From Candidatus Harpocratesius repetitus (GTDB lineage Archaea > Asgardarchaeota > Lokiarchaeia > Sigyniarchaeales > Promethearchaeaceae), in NCBI GenBank assembly GCA_021498095.1, contig JAIZWK010000001.1, positions 930,001 to 962,000 of the forward strand: 32,000 nucleotides of DNA, read 5' to 3'. The notes beneath the pieces were generated by a model. That model was given only the letters and a program-made list of their open reading frames with translations. It was not told where the DNA came from and ran no database searches. Shown here piece by piece: positions 9,116 through 17,969 of the stretch (position 1 is its first letter; the number at the start of each line of letters is the position of its first letter). Position numbers and translations under genes: made by a program.

Positions 9116-10126
9116 TTATGTAATACTTTTTATATCTTGCCAATTGGGATACCAACCACGAGGCATAAAAACCTTTTGAGTCTTTGCGCAAATCCCATGA
9201 TTTGATTTCAAAATTTGATGAGTTGTCATTAAGCTAATTGCAAAAGCTACTAATTCTCCTTTTTGGGTCATAATTGCTACTTGGTCTCCTTTTTCAATTG
9301 TTTTTTCTAAATAAAGCACACCTGCGATAGCTAGACTCGCACCGTGTGCAATTGCATCAACGGCAGAATCACGGATAAATATTTTTTTCCAGTGTTTTAC
9401 CGCTTTTTCCATGGGAGTGATTAATGCTCGTAGGTAACGTTCATCTTTTTCTTCGCGATAAATTGTTAAGGCATCATGCAAATCTTGAAGAGTACAGAGT
9501 GTATCTTCACGAAAATCTCCAGTCCGCGTTCGACGTAATTCTACCATATGTGCACCACATAAGAGCGTTTCTCCTATATCAAAACATAGTTTCCGAATAT
9601 AAGTTCCTGCTTCACATCCCACACGAAAAAGAACGAATTTATCTTTTACTTCTAAGAGATGTGTGTAATAGATTTTCCGAATTCTAAGTCTTCTTGCAAC
9701 TGAAGATTTTAACGGTGGGCGTTGATATAAGGACGTAGTGTATAAGTTTAAAACAGCTTCAATTTTTTCTTTAGGTACTTCTTCATGAAGGTACATTACA
9801 CAAATATATTCTTTACCGGCAGTAAGCAAAGCTCGAATAACTTTTGTTGCCCTTCCTAAAGCAATAGGTAAAACCCCCGTAACTTGTGGATCTAAAGTTC
9901 CTCCATGGCCTGTTTTTGAAAGATCGAAGAGTTTCTTCACCCATGATGCTACTTCATGCGACGTTGGTCCTTGAGGTTTATCTAAATTGACAATACCCAT
10001 ATTTACATGGTGTTCAATGGGACGGTTATCTGGTTCAAAGCCATATTGCGGATCTGTTGCTTCTTCGGCTTTGATAACATAGACATGGGGTTTTGCTTCA
10101 TATGGAAGAAGGTATTCGAAACTCAC
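9116..10126 (-). CDS. cbf5: H/ACA RNA-guided / tRNA pseudouridine-55 synthase Cbf5
   Basis: NLDKPQGPTSHEV, GHGGTLDPQVTGVLP (catalytic Asp), GKEYIC, CEAGTYIRKLC and a C-terminal PUA domain. Confidence 0.97.
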   Translation of the reverse strand: MSFEYLLPYEAKPHVYVIKAEEATDPQYGFEPDNRPIEHHVNMGIVNLDKPQGPTSHEVASWVKKLFDLSKTGHGGTLDPQVTGVLPIALGRATKVIRALLTAGKEYICVMYLHEEVPKEKIEAVLNLYTTSLYQRPPLKSSVARRLRIRKIYYTHLLEVKDKFVLFRVGCEAGTYIRKLCFDIGETLLCGAHMVELRRTRTGDFREDTLCTLQDLHDALTIYREEKDERYLRALITPMEKAVKHWKKIFIRDSAVDAIAHGASLAIAGVLYLEKTIEKGDQVAIMTQKGELVAFAISLMTTHQILKSNHGICAKTQKVFMPRGWYPNWQDIKSIT

Positions 10127-10169
10127 ATGTATTAAAAATAAAGATACCCTTTGAAAATTTCTCTTTTAA

Positions 10170-10316
10170 TTAAGATAGGAGAACAACTGCAATTTGTTCT
10201 AAAGAAGATTCTTTAACACTTGATGAAATAAAATCAATTGCTGATGGGGTAATCTGAATAGCAAATTCTTCATTATTCGGAATGCTTGCATTTTTATCCA
10301 TAAATATTAGCACCAT
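10170..10316 (-). CDS. Putative small protein, 48 aa (not in the ORF track)
   Basis: Hand-translated ATG..TAA: MVLIFMDKNASIPNNEEFAIQITPSAIDFISSSVKESSLEQIAVVLLS. Co-oriented with its neighbours and fills the gap between the GTPase gene and cbf5. Confidence 0.4.
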   Translation of the reverse strand: MVLIFMDKNASIPNNEEFAIQITPSAIDFISSSVKESSLEQIAVVLLS

Positions 10317-10334
10317 ATCTTTAATAGCGCTTTT

Positions 10335-11330
10335 TTAAGCGAGTTTTTCTGTTATTTTCATTTTTTCCAAAAACAAAAATGCAAGTGTTCGAAAAGCTTC
10401 TTCTACTACATCTCTATTCAAAGCACTGGTTTCAATATAGGGTAATCCGAGCTTTTGTCCCAATGCTTTTCCTTGCTCTTTGGTTATTTTCCTTTCATTT
10501 TCCATATCAATTTTATTTCCAACTAACATTAGCATTATGTCTGGTTCAATTCTTGTTGCTTCATTATACCACTTTTCGATATTTTCAAACGTTTCTGGGC
10601 GCGTTACATCGAAAACGAGTAAACCTGCTTTAGCTCCTTGAAAATAAGTTTGTCGAACCCTTGTAAATTGCTGCTGTCCTGCCAAATCAAAAAGAGTTAA
10701 CCGTACTTCTACTCCCCATTGGTCAAAAATCACGGCCTTTTTCATGATACTTACGCCTATTGTAGCTTTATAATCCTTATCAAACGAAGCATCGACAAAA
10801 TTATTAACTAATGTTGTTTTTCCAACAGAACCATCACCGCCAAGAATAGTCTTCAATACATAAGCACCTTCTTTAATAAGAATTCGAACAATATCCTCAT
10901 TACGAGTAGAATCTTGTGTGTGAACACGAAAACTTGGAATAACAGGGCTAACGGGTCTACCGTCCAAGATTCTGGTAACTTTTTCAGCACAAAGGTACGC
11001 ATATGGAAATAACTCATCAATAGAAGACATAGCATCAGCGACTACCACTAAAATTGCCTCAGGACCGGCTTCACAGAAAATTAGTCTGTGATCTGCTGTA
11101 TCAAATGAGCCTGTTCCAAAATTTCCACATTGAAATTCTGAAGAAATTCTTTTTAAAACAGGTTCTACTAAAGCAGCAATTCCCCCTAATAGTTCTTCGT
11201 CAAGACCTTCTTTAATTAAACTCGCCAACACTAAACCTTCTCGATCTACGATAACCACAGCGAGTAGTTCATCTCCCACCGATTGAAACATCCATTTAAG
11301 CAGATCATCGAGAATTTTGTGATAGGCCAT
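10335..11330 (-). CDS. Roadblock/LC7 domain fused to a Rab-like small GTPase
   Basis: N-terminal Roadblock pattern (LLAVVIVDREGLVLAS...LGGIAALV...LIFCEAGPEAILVVV). C-terminal G1 GDGSVGKT, G2 TIG, G3 DLAGQ, G4 NKID, G5 ETSAL. Confidence 0.93.
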   Translation of the reverse strand: MAYHKILDDLLKWMFQSVGDELLAVVIVDREGLVLASLIKEGLDEELLGGIAALVEPVLKRISSEFQCGNFGTGSFDTADHRLIFCEAGPEAILVVVADAMSSIDELFPYAYLCAEKVTRILDGRPVSPVIPSFRVHTQDSTRNEDIVRILIKEGAYVLKTILGGDGSVGKTTLVNNFVDASFDKDYKATIGVSIMKKAVIFDQWGVEVRLTLFDLAGQQQFTRVRQTYFQGAKAGLLVFDVTRPETFENIEKWYNEATRIEPDIMLMLVGNKIDMENERKITKEQGKALGQKLGLPYIETSALNRDVVEEAFRTLAFLFLEKMKITEKLA

Positions 11331-11389
11331 GATCTATTATATCATGAATAGAGAGACCTATTAATTTTTTGGGGAGAAAGGAAGTTTCA

Positions 11390-11405
11390 ATCACATAACT
11401 GTGAT
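11390..11405. promoter_or_regulatory. Inverted repeat ATCACA-N4-TGTGAT, candidate operator
   Basis: Perfect 6-bp arms, 60-75 bp upstream of the Roadblock-GTPase start codon. Confidence 0.35.
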
Positions 11406-11448
11406 AGACAATACAGATATGCGAATGTTCAAGATTAATTATTCATGC

Positions 11449-12057
11449 TTACTTTTTAACCGATGCGTGATTGGTTATTTGTTGTATTCTTTTCTGTTTT
11501 TCTTTTCTTTCAGGAATCTTTTTAAAAATTCCGGCGAGCAATGATGCCAATAGTGCTAAATAGAGCGAATAATCATAGAAATTGTGAAAATGAAGAATCA
11601 GATCTCCTTTTTTATTACGATCTATACTCACCCGGTCACCAAATAAGGACTTAAAATGATTTTGTCCTATAGATATAATTTTTTCTTTGGGTTTTGAGAT
11701 TGTGTGAAAGAAAATTTTTATTCCCGCTTTAGGAAAAGATTTTTCATTAAGGTAAAATGGAAAAATTGATTTTATTTCATCAAATTTTTTAGATTGCTTA
11801 GAAAACCGTATTACTTGACGTGATGAAAAAGGTTGATTTAGCATTTCAAATATAGTAAGATCATTATAAATATATAATAACCCATTTTCGATGATTTCTA
11901 AATAAAATTGTGAGCCAATTTGTTTTTCCAGTAGATGATTGATATATGCTGCATTTTTTTGTATTTTTTGAAAAATCTCGGGATGATCAGAGGTAATAGA
12001 TATATAAATTTGATTAGAATGATCAGTCTCTTCTTTATAGTGCTGTGAATAAGTCAT
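11449..12057 (-). CDS. Hypothetical protein (202 aa)
   Basis: Long ORF in AT-rich DNA with no competing frame; no family recognised. Confidence 0.65.
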   Translation of the reverse strand: MTYSQHYKEETDHSNQIYISITSDHPEIFQKIQKNAAYINHLLEKQIGSQFYLEIIENGLLYIYNDLTIFEMLNQPFSSRQVIRFSKQSKKFDEIKSIFPFYLNEKSFPKAGIKIFFHTISKPKEKIISIGQNHFKSLFGDRVSIDRNKKGDLILHFHNFYDYSLYLALLASLLAGIFKKIPERKEKQKRIQQITNHASVKK

Positions 12058-12075
12058 TGTTTAGCTCCCATTTTT

Positions 12076-12100
12076 AGTTGGAATATTCAAATTTCCAACT
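12076..12100. promoter_or_regulatory. Inverted repeat AGTTGGAA-N9-TTCCAACT, candidate operator
   Basis: Perfect 8-bp arms in the divergent intergenic region, 19-43 bp upstream of the 12057 start. Confidence 0.4.
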
Positions 12101-12277
12101 TTCCTTTTTTAATTTTTAACTAATTCGATAAGAAAAAAGTTGATTATTTAAAATTTCTGATTGGAATAATTATTAATATTTTATCAAACGTTGTATAAAT
12201 GAAATTTTTGATCCTAATTCTTCGAATTTTTATTTATAAATCGGAAAAAATAAATCAAAATCAACGTTTTTACCTAT

Positions 12278-12862
12278 ATGGATGCCTCAAAAATTCCTAA
12301 ACTAGAACCTATCGATGGAGAATATTACTTTACTTACACTCAAATGCATCGATTGGTTCAAAAATTGGCGAATAAAATTAAAGATTCTGGATTTAATCCC
12401 GATTTTATGATTGCCATAGGAACTGGAGGATTTATCCCTGCTCGAATCCTTAAAATTTATATAAATCGTAAAATCTTAACTGTTGGTTTAAGTTATTACG
12501 ATGAAAATGATATTCGGATGGATAAATTGCACCGAATTCAGTGGTTGGATGATGATCAAGAAAAACTAAAAGGAAAAAATGTTTTACTGGTTGATGAAGT
12601 TAACGATACTGGTGGAACACTGGAATATACTTTAAAAGAATTGTTAAAATGCAACCCAAAAGAAATTGCAGTTGTAGTATTGCATGATAAGAAAAAAGAA
12701 AAGAATGGGCATATTCCCTCTGAAATTAAACGTTACTTTGTGGGGGAATACACTTTAGATCGTTGGATACATTATCCATGGGAAGCTACAGATATAGATT
12801 TTCATAATTATATGGCTGTAAAATTCGTCCAAAAAAGTGGGCGCTATATTTTTGAGTGCTAA
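12278..12862 (+). CDS. Type I phosphoribosyltransferase (xanthine/hypoxanthine-guanine PRT-like)
   Basis: PRPP-binding loop VLLVDEVNDTGGTL; IAIGTGGFIPA; WIHYPWE. Confidence 0.9.
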   Translation: MDASKIPKLEPIDGEYYFTYTQMHRLVQKLANKIKDSGFNPDFMIAIGTGGFIPARILKIYINRKILTVGLSYYDENDIRMDKLHRIQWLDDDQEKLKGKNVLLVDEVNDTGGTLEYTLKELLKCNPKEIAVVVLHDKKKEKNGHIPSEIKRYFVGEYTLDRWIHYPWEATDIDFHNYMAVKFVQKSGRYIFEC

Positions 12863-12917
12863 ATAATGAATGATATGAAATTGAATTAATAATTAAAATA
12901 ATTAATAAAAGGTGGTA

Positions 12918-13730
12918 ATGATTAAATTTCAAGTAAATCCTATTTATGATGATGTTGCCAAGAATTTTCAACCTTACCCTCAATCCCAGTCCAGGAAGAA
13001 GATAGGATTTATCTTGTTTCGTTATTATGGAAATGTCAATAAATTATATTCTTTTATTTTAGAAAAAGATATCATTGATAATTATCTGGCACTTAAGGAT
13101 GAAATCAATGGAAAATTCTCTGTTTCTTATCAAGTTCTCCGATCACCATTGGTATTTTCATTAAATCAACTTAAAATCATTTTGCACCGAATTGAATATG
13201 CTTTTCAACAAAAATATAACATTTCTAATCATACTGAAATGGAACTGCTCCTATATTTATCTTTACAGCGTCAAATAAGTGTAGCAGTGACATTTGCAGG
13301 AGGATTAACACCAAAATTGAAAAATAAACTAAGCCCAAAAAATGAAGAAGAGACCAAAATTCAATGTGATCACATTCTTTTTGGCGATTTGAAGCAAGTT
13401 CAAAGAGCATTTGAGTATCTCCTTCAGTATATTTCAGAAAACAATATTAAATCATGGTCTCCCCCTTCTGAAGAAGAATTGATGCAAATTATTCAAGATT
13501 ACGGATTTTCTTATCAGAAATTGCTTCATTCAAGAGGAGAATACCAGTCTTTTAAGGTGCCTTCTTCTTTTCTATCTAATCAATTAATTTCATCACAAAA
13601 AGAAACCGAAATGAAGGAAAAATTTTTCAAGTTAAGTCGTTCTCATCAAATTGCAGCAGTAGAAGATCTTTTCAATATATCAAATCTTAAACAATTCTTG
13701 GAAAATATCCGTCCTACCAAACTTTATTAA
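12918..13730 (+). CDS. KEOPS subunit Cgi121-like protein, longer than typical
   Basis: Central signature AFQQKYNISNHTEMELLLYLSLQRQISVAV matches the Cgi121 E-x-LLYL-x3-RQI motif. About 270 aa; ATG at 12918 preferred over GTG at 12912. Confidence 0.65.
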   Translation: MIKFQVNPIYDDVAKNFQPYPQSQSRKKIGFILFRYYGNVNKLYSFILEKDIIDNYLALKDEINGKFSVSYQVLRSPLVFSLNQLKIILHRIEYAFQQKYNISNHTEMELLLYLSLQRQISVAVTFAGGLTPKLKNKLSPKNEEETKIQCDHILFGDLKQVQRAFEYLLQYISENNIKSWSPPSEEELMQIIQDYGFSYQKLLHSRGEYQSFKVPSSFLSNQLISSQKETEMKEKFFKLSRSHQIAAVEDLFNISNLKQFLENIRPTKLY

Positions 13731-13766
13731 TTTTACCCAAAAAATCATTAAGGAGTAGATATTATC

Positions 13767-14849
13767 GTGCAAATACTAAAAAATAATACCCGAAATGGAG
13801 AACTGCTGGTACAAATTGATTCATTGGATGATCTATGGATTTTATATAACATTATTCTTCCGGGGGATCAAATTAAGGGGCGAACCGTTCGTCGTGTTGT
13901 CTTGCGTGAAGGTGATCCTGGTCAAAGAAAACCAATGACGCTTTTGATAACTGTCGAAAAAATTGAATTTCATGAATTTACTAATCGACTTCGTGTTACT
14001 GGTGTGATTTTGGAAGGTCCTGAAGACTATGTATCTCATGGGCAACATCATACATTCAACTTAGAACCCGGGCATCAAATTCGCATTTTCAAGGAGAAAT
14101 GGTTTAGAAACGATATTGAACGTATCAGGCGCAGTATGACTAAAAAAGATACAAATCAAATTCTCGTAGTGGCGATAGAAAATGGACTTGCAAATATTGC
14201 TGTTCTTTCGAATTATTCTTTGACACCAATTGTGGAAATTAATGAAAATATCCCTGGAAAACGTTATAAAAAACAGATGCATAAAGCAGCAGTTGAATCT
14301 TTTTATGGTCAAGTCTATAATGTCTTGAGGGAGAACTGTGAAAAATTAGGAATAGGATTTATTGCTATCTGTGGACCTGGATTTGAAAAAGAGCATTTTT
14401 CTGAGTATTTTCACACTCATCACGATCAACATGATTATTCCGTAGAAATTCGAGTTATTAATGCAAGTTCAGGTGAATTAAGCGCAGTTTATGAAATTCT
14501 TCGCAATGGAAGTTTGGCTGCATTAAAAACAGATTTTAAACTTGCTCAAGATGAAATGATTATGGCAAAATTCATTGAACATTTAGGAAAAGATAATGGA
14601 ACGGCGGTATATGGTCTGAAACAAACCGCTCTTTGTTCTCAAATGGGTGCTGTTGAAGATCTTCTTATTTGTGATGTGTTATTACGATCAGCAAATAAAG
14701 AAAAACGCCAGCAAATTGAAGATGCATTAAACAACACCGAAGCTGCACGGGGAACAGTCCATATTCTAAGTACCATGAACCCTGCTGGTGAACAATTACA
14801 AGCCTATGGTCAGATTGCTGCTATACTACGTTATAAAGTTGATTTATAA
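13767..14849 (+). CDS. pelA: Pelota (aDom34) ribosome rescue / mRNA surveillance factor
   Basis: DDLWILYNII, RLRVTGVILEGPE, GQHHTFNL, ICGPGFEKE, YGLKQ, GAVEDLLI, GQIAAILRY. Confidence 0.96.
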   Translation: MQILKNNTRNGELLVQIDSLDDLWILYNIILPGDQIKGRTVRRVVLREGDPGQRKPMTLLITVEKIEFHEFTNRLRVTGVILEGPEDYVSHGQHHTFNLEPGHQIRIFKEKWFRNDIERIRRSMTKKDTNQILVVAIENGLANIAVLSNYSLTPIVEINENIPGKRYKKQMHKAAVESFYGQVYNVLRENCEKLGIGFIAICGPGFEKEHFSEYFHTHHDQHDYSVEIRVINASSGELSAVYEILRNGSLAALKTDFKLAQDEMIMAKFIEHLGKDNGTAVYGLKQTALCSQMGAVEDLLICDVLLRSANKEKRQQIEDALNNTEAARGTVHILSTMNPAGEQLQAYGQIAAILRYKVDL

Positions 14850-14868
14850 AATAAAGTGATTATTATCC

Positions 14869-15894
14869 ATGCGAAAAACTGCCACACCCTTAATTGAAAT
14901 TGGGGATCAGCTTCATGTTCCCCTATTTGGTTTGGATTTTTTAGGAATTTTAGATAGAGGAACCAACGTTTTGGAAGTAAAGCCAATTACCATCTGTAAT
15001 TTATACTGCAAATATTGTTTTGTTTCTGCAGGTGATTACCGCCGTAATTTTCTAGCCGAACCTGAGTATTTGCTAAAGTGGATTAAGAAAGCAGTTGAGA
15101 TTAAGCAAGATGATGCGATTGAAGTCCACTTAGCTCCCTACGGTGAGATCTTTTTATATTCTGGGCTTGAAAAACTAATTAAAGGACTTCGCAATATTCC
15201 AAAAATTGCCACTATCAGTATGCAAACAAATGGGCTCCTTCTTAGTTCAACTTTGATTCAAAAGCTTGAATCATGGGGGGTAAATCGGTTAAATATTTCA
15301 TTAAATAGTATGGATGAACAAGCATGTGCCAATTATTGTGGAGTAAAATCTTATAATTTATCAAGGTTGCTTCAAACTTTCGAAGATATCCTTTCAACCA
15401 ATATGGATCTATTAATTGCTCCTGTATGGTTTAAAGGTGTTAATGATCAAGGAATTGAGGATATTATTTCATATGCTGTGAAAAAACACTCTGAAGGATA
15501 TGAATGGCCCAAATTCCGGCTTGGAATCCAAAATTACTTAGTTTATAAAACTGGAAGAAAGATCCATCGTGCAAAAATGAGGGAATTTTCGTATTTTTAC
15601 CGTGTTTTACATAAAATGGAGCAAAAAACGGGATTAAAGCTCAAATTGGGTCCAGATGATTTTGATATACATAAAACTTTTCCTGTAATGCCCTCAGTGA
15701 AGCGAAATCAAAAAGCAAAAGTAAAAGTTTTAATGCAGGGGCGCTGGAAAAATGAATATATTGCTCAACTGGATGAAAATTGGGCTGTAAAGGTTCTAAG
15801 TAAGGTTCCTCTTCAATCTCAGCAAAATATTCAAGTAAAATTCATAAAAAGCTTGTTGCACGGAAATTTATTAACTGCAATTCCCTCTGATTAG
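14869..15894 (+). CDS. Archaeal radical SAM protein with a C-terminal beta-barrel (TRAM-like) extension
   Basis: GILDRGTNVLEVKP followed by CNLYCKYC (CX3CX2C), MQTNG, RLNISL. Resembles the uncharacterised archaeal COG2100-type family (recalled, not searched). Confidence 0.85.
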   Translation: MRKTATPLIEIGDQLHVPLFGLDFLGILDRGTNVLEVKPITICNLYCKYCFVSAGDYRRNFLAEPEYLLKWIKKAVEIKQDDAIEVHLAPYGEIFLYSGLEKLIKGLRNIPKIATISMQTNGLLLSSTLIQKLESWGVNRLNISLNSMDEQACANYCGVKSYNLSRLLQTFEDILSTNMDLLIAPVWFKGVNDQGIEDIISYAVKKHSEGYEWPKFRLGIQNYLVYKTGRKIHRAKMREFSYFYRVLHKMEQKTGLKLKLGPDDFDIHKTFPVMPSVKRNQKAKVKVLMQGRWKNEYIAQLDENWAVKVLSKVPLQSQQNIQVKFIKSLLHGNLLTAIPSD

Positions 15895-15925
15895 ATCCAT
15901 TTTTAGTAATCGTTTTAGAAAAAAG

Positions 15926-17125
15926 CTATTTATTGTGTAAATGGCTGGGCAAATTGTTAAATATAGGTGTATATTCTCTAACTTCTGCCAATTTTGGATC
16001 TCTAAAAGGAAGAATCTCATAAATTCCACATTTAACCCGAAAATCTTCAAGAATCTCCAAAAAATTCTTTTCATTCGCTAAGAACGGAGGTAAATCTAAT
16101 GTACCTCTAGTTTTATTTAATTTCATCATCTTTTCTGGTATTTTTGCTTGCTTTAGTAAGAATTTTTCAAGTTTCAGAATTTCAGACAATGGACCTTGAA
16201 TCTGCATGAATAGCAGACACCCGTCTTCGGATATTTCTTCAAAGGGTAGATGTATATTGTCCGCTCTCCGAAGATAGCGCTCTCTAATCTGTACTTGGTC
16301 TTTTACTGCGACTGAACAGAAATGAACGGTAAAGTTTTCATTATTGGAAAAATCTTCAACTACACGTTCAGCAAATTTACGTGAACCCTCAACAGTTGCT
16401 AAAGTTCCTTGTTGAAGATGAAATCCTCTTTTTATTAGTTCTTCTTGATTTGGTGCACACATTTCAAATTCATTTAAATTAATGTAGTTCGCACCGATTG
16501 CTTGAAGATATTGTATCAATTTAAGAATATATTGATGATTCTCTTCAGTAGGAATGACGGGAACTTCAGCACCAACTGAATAAGAATGCCCAAGTGCAAA
16601 TTCGATTTTTGAAAAATCTTCAAGGGCAGGATGGAATCTAATACTGTCGAGACCCGCTTTATCTAAACGATTAGCAATTATGGGGTCAAATGTAACACCT
16701 GAAGTATAAAGATGAATGTGAAAATTCTTTCCATATTTTAATTTCATTTCTTGAATAATTGCACAAACTAAATCTTTCTTGCGTGAAGATGATAGGGGAT
16801 CTCCTCCAGTAAAACTCATTCCCTTTGCATCAACTGCTGATATTTCTTCTTCTAATGTGGATAGGATGTTTTTAATGTCATCCGGGTTATTTATTGAAAT
16901 TTCATCAACAAAATGGGATAAAGAGCTTTTTCTGTGCTCAGAAATGGGACAGTACCAGCGACAATGATTGGGTAAATTACAATCTCCCCCCATGAAATAC
17001 ACTACTTTCATACCTTTCATACATAATTGACATCCGTAAGGTAAATTCCCTATTACCCAAGAGTTTCCAGGAAGTCGCTTTATCCTTTTTTGATTTTGAT
17101 TTTTATCATTATTCTTAATTCTCAT
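15926..17125 (-). CDS. Uncharacterised archaeal radical SAM protein with an atypical Cys motif
   Basis: GCQLCMKG, then CNLPNHCRWYC, SFTGGDPL, HLYTSG, LDSIRFHP, NLNEFE. Resembles the COG2108-type family (recalled). Confidence 0.82.
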   Translation of the reverse strand: MRIKNNDKNQNQKRIKRLPGNSWVIGNLPYGCQLCMKGMKVVYFMGGDCNLPNHCRWYCPISEHRKSSLSHFVDEISINNPDDIKNILSTLEEEISAVDAKGMSFTGGDPLSSSRKKDLVCAIIQEMKLKYGKNFHIHLYTSGVTFDPIIANRLDKAGLDSIRFHPALEDFSKIEFALGHSYSVGAEVPVIPTEENHQYILKLIQYLQAIGANYINLNEFEMCAPNQEELIKRGFHLQQGTLATVEGSRKFAERVVEDFSNNENFTVHFCSVAVKDQVQIRERYLRRADNIHLPFEEISEDGCLLFMQIQGPLSEILKLEKFLLKQAKIPEKMMKLNKTRGTLDLPPFLANEKNFLEILEDFRVKCGIYEILPFRDPKLAEVREYTPIFNNLPSHLHNK

Positions 17126-17191
17126 ATTAAATTAAATCTCTCCTTATAATCAATCCAATGTTCTTCATTTATTACCACTTCTTTTTCTTTT

Positions 17192-17908
17192 CTATCCTTT
17201 TTCTAATCGTCTTCGCACTAATCGATTAACTCGGGCAATTTGATAGAGTCGCGCTTCTGCATTTTCGTCTAATTCAAGTTCTTGATGAAGAAAAACTCCT
17301 GTTCTGCCTTTCTTTTTTCGTCTTTGTAAAACACGAATACGTTGTCTTACCATTTGGTCTGAAATACCCAGAATTTTAGCAATTTCATCTTGCCGATCGA
17401 TAATTGGTGATGAGATATGACCATCTGGAGTAGGTTCAATCAGTAAAAGATCTTTATTCACTCCTGGCTTTCGAATATTTTGCGTTAATTCATTTGAAGT
17501 TAATGCACCGCCAAAATTATAAAAATCATATCCTAATGATGATAATTTAGTCATTAATATAATCAAATGAATATTTTCAGGTAGTTCATATACTAATTTG
17601 ATTAAATCATTTGGAGTGGATTGAACCAAATACTTACGTATAATCTTGTAAGAAGATGCATCGAGCGCCAATTCTAATTGATAACTAGGTAAATGGGTTA
17701 AAAGTAAGATATCAATATCACTTTGAACTGAAATATCACCGCGAGCTATTGATCCATAAGTCAAGGTAGGAAATCCCGCTTTTTCTAAATAAGAAACTAT
17801 TTTAATTGCCCGAGATCGAAAGGTTTGTAAAAGATTCCAATGTGCTTGGCTGTAGTGATAAGATTGATAGGAATAAATCCCAAAATTGCTTTTTGTTTTG
17901 TGATCCAT
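17192..17908 (-). CDS. Predicted nucleotidyltransferase (DNA pol-beta-like superfamily, archaeal type)
   Basis: YGSIARGDISVQSDIDI (GS..D.D); YNFGG, PGVNKDLLLIEPT, GRTGVFL. Confidence 0.85.
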   Translation of the reverse strand: MDHKTKSNFGIYSYQSYHYSQAHWNLLQTFRSRAIKIVSYLEKAGFPTLTYGSIARGDISVQSDIDILLLTHLPSYQLELALDASSYKIIRKYLVQSTPNDLIKLVYELPENIHLIILMTKLSSLGYDFYNFGGALTSNELTQNIRKPGVNKDLLLIEPTPDGHISSPIIDRQDEIAKILGISDQMVRQRIRVLQRRKKKGRTGVFLHQELELDENAEARLYQIARVNRLVRRRLEKG

Positions 17909-17969
17909 TTGAATTCATTTTCATTTATATTATTTGATTTTTATCGAATTAGAAGGAATAATGTTGCAA

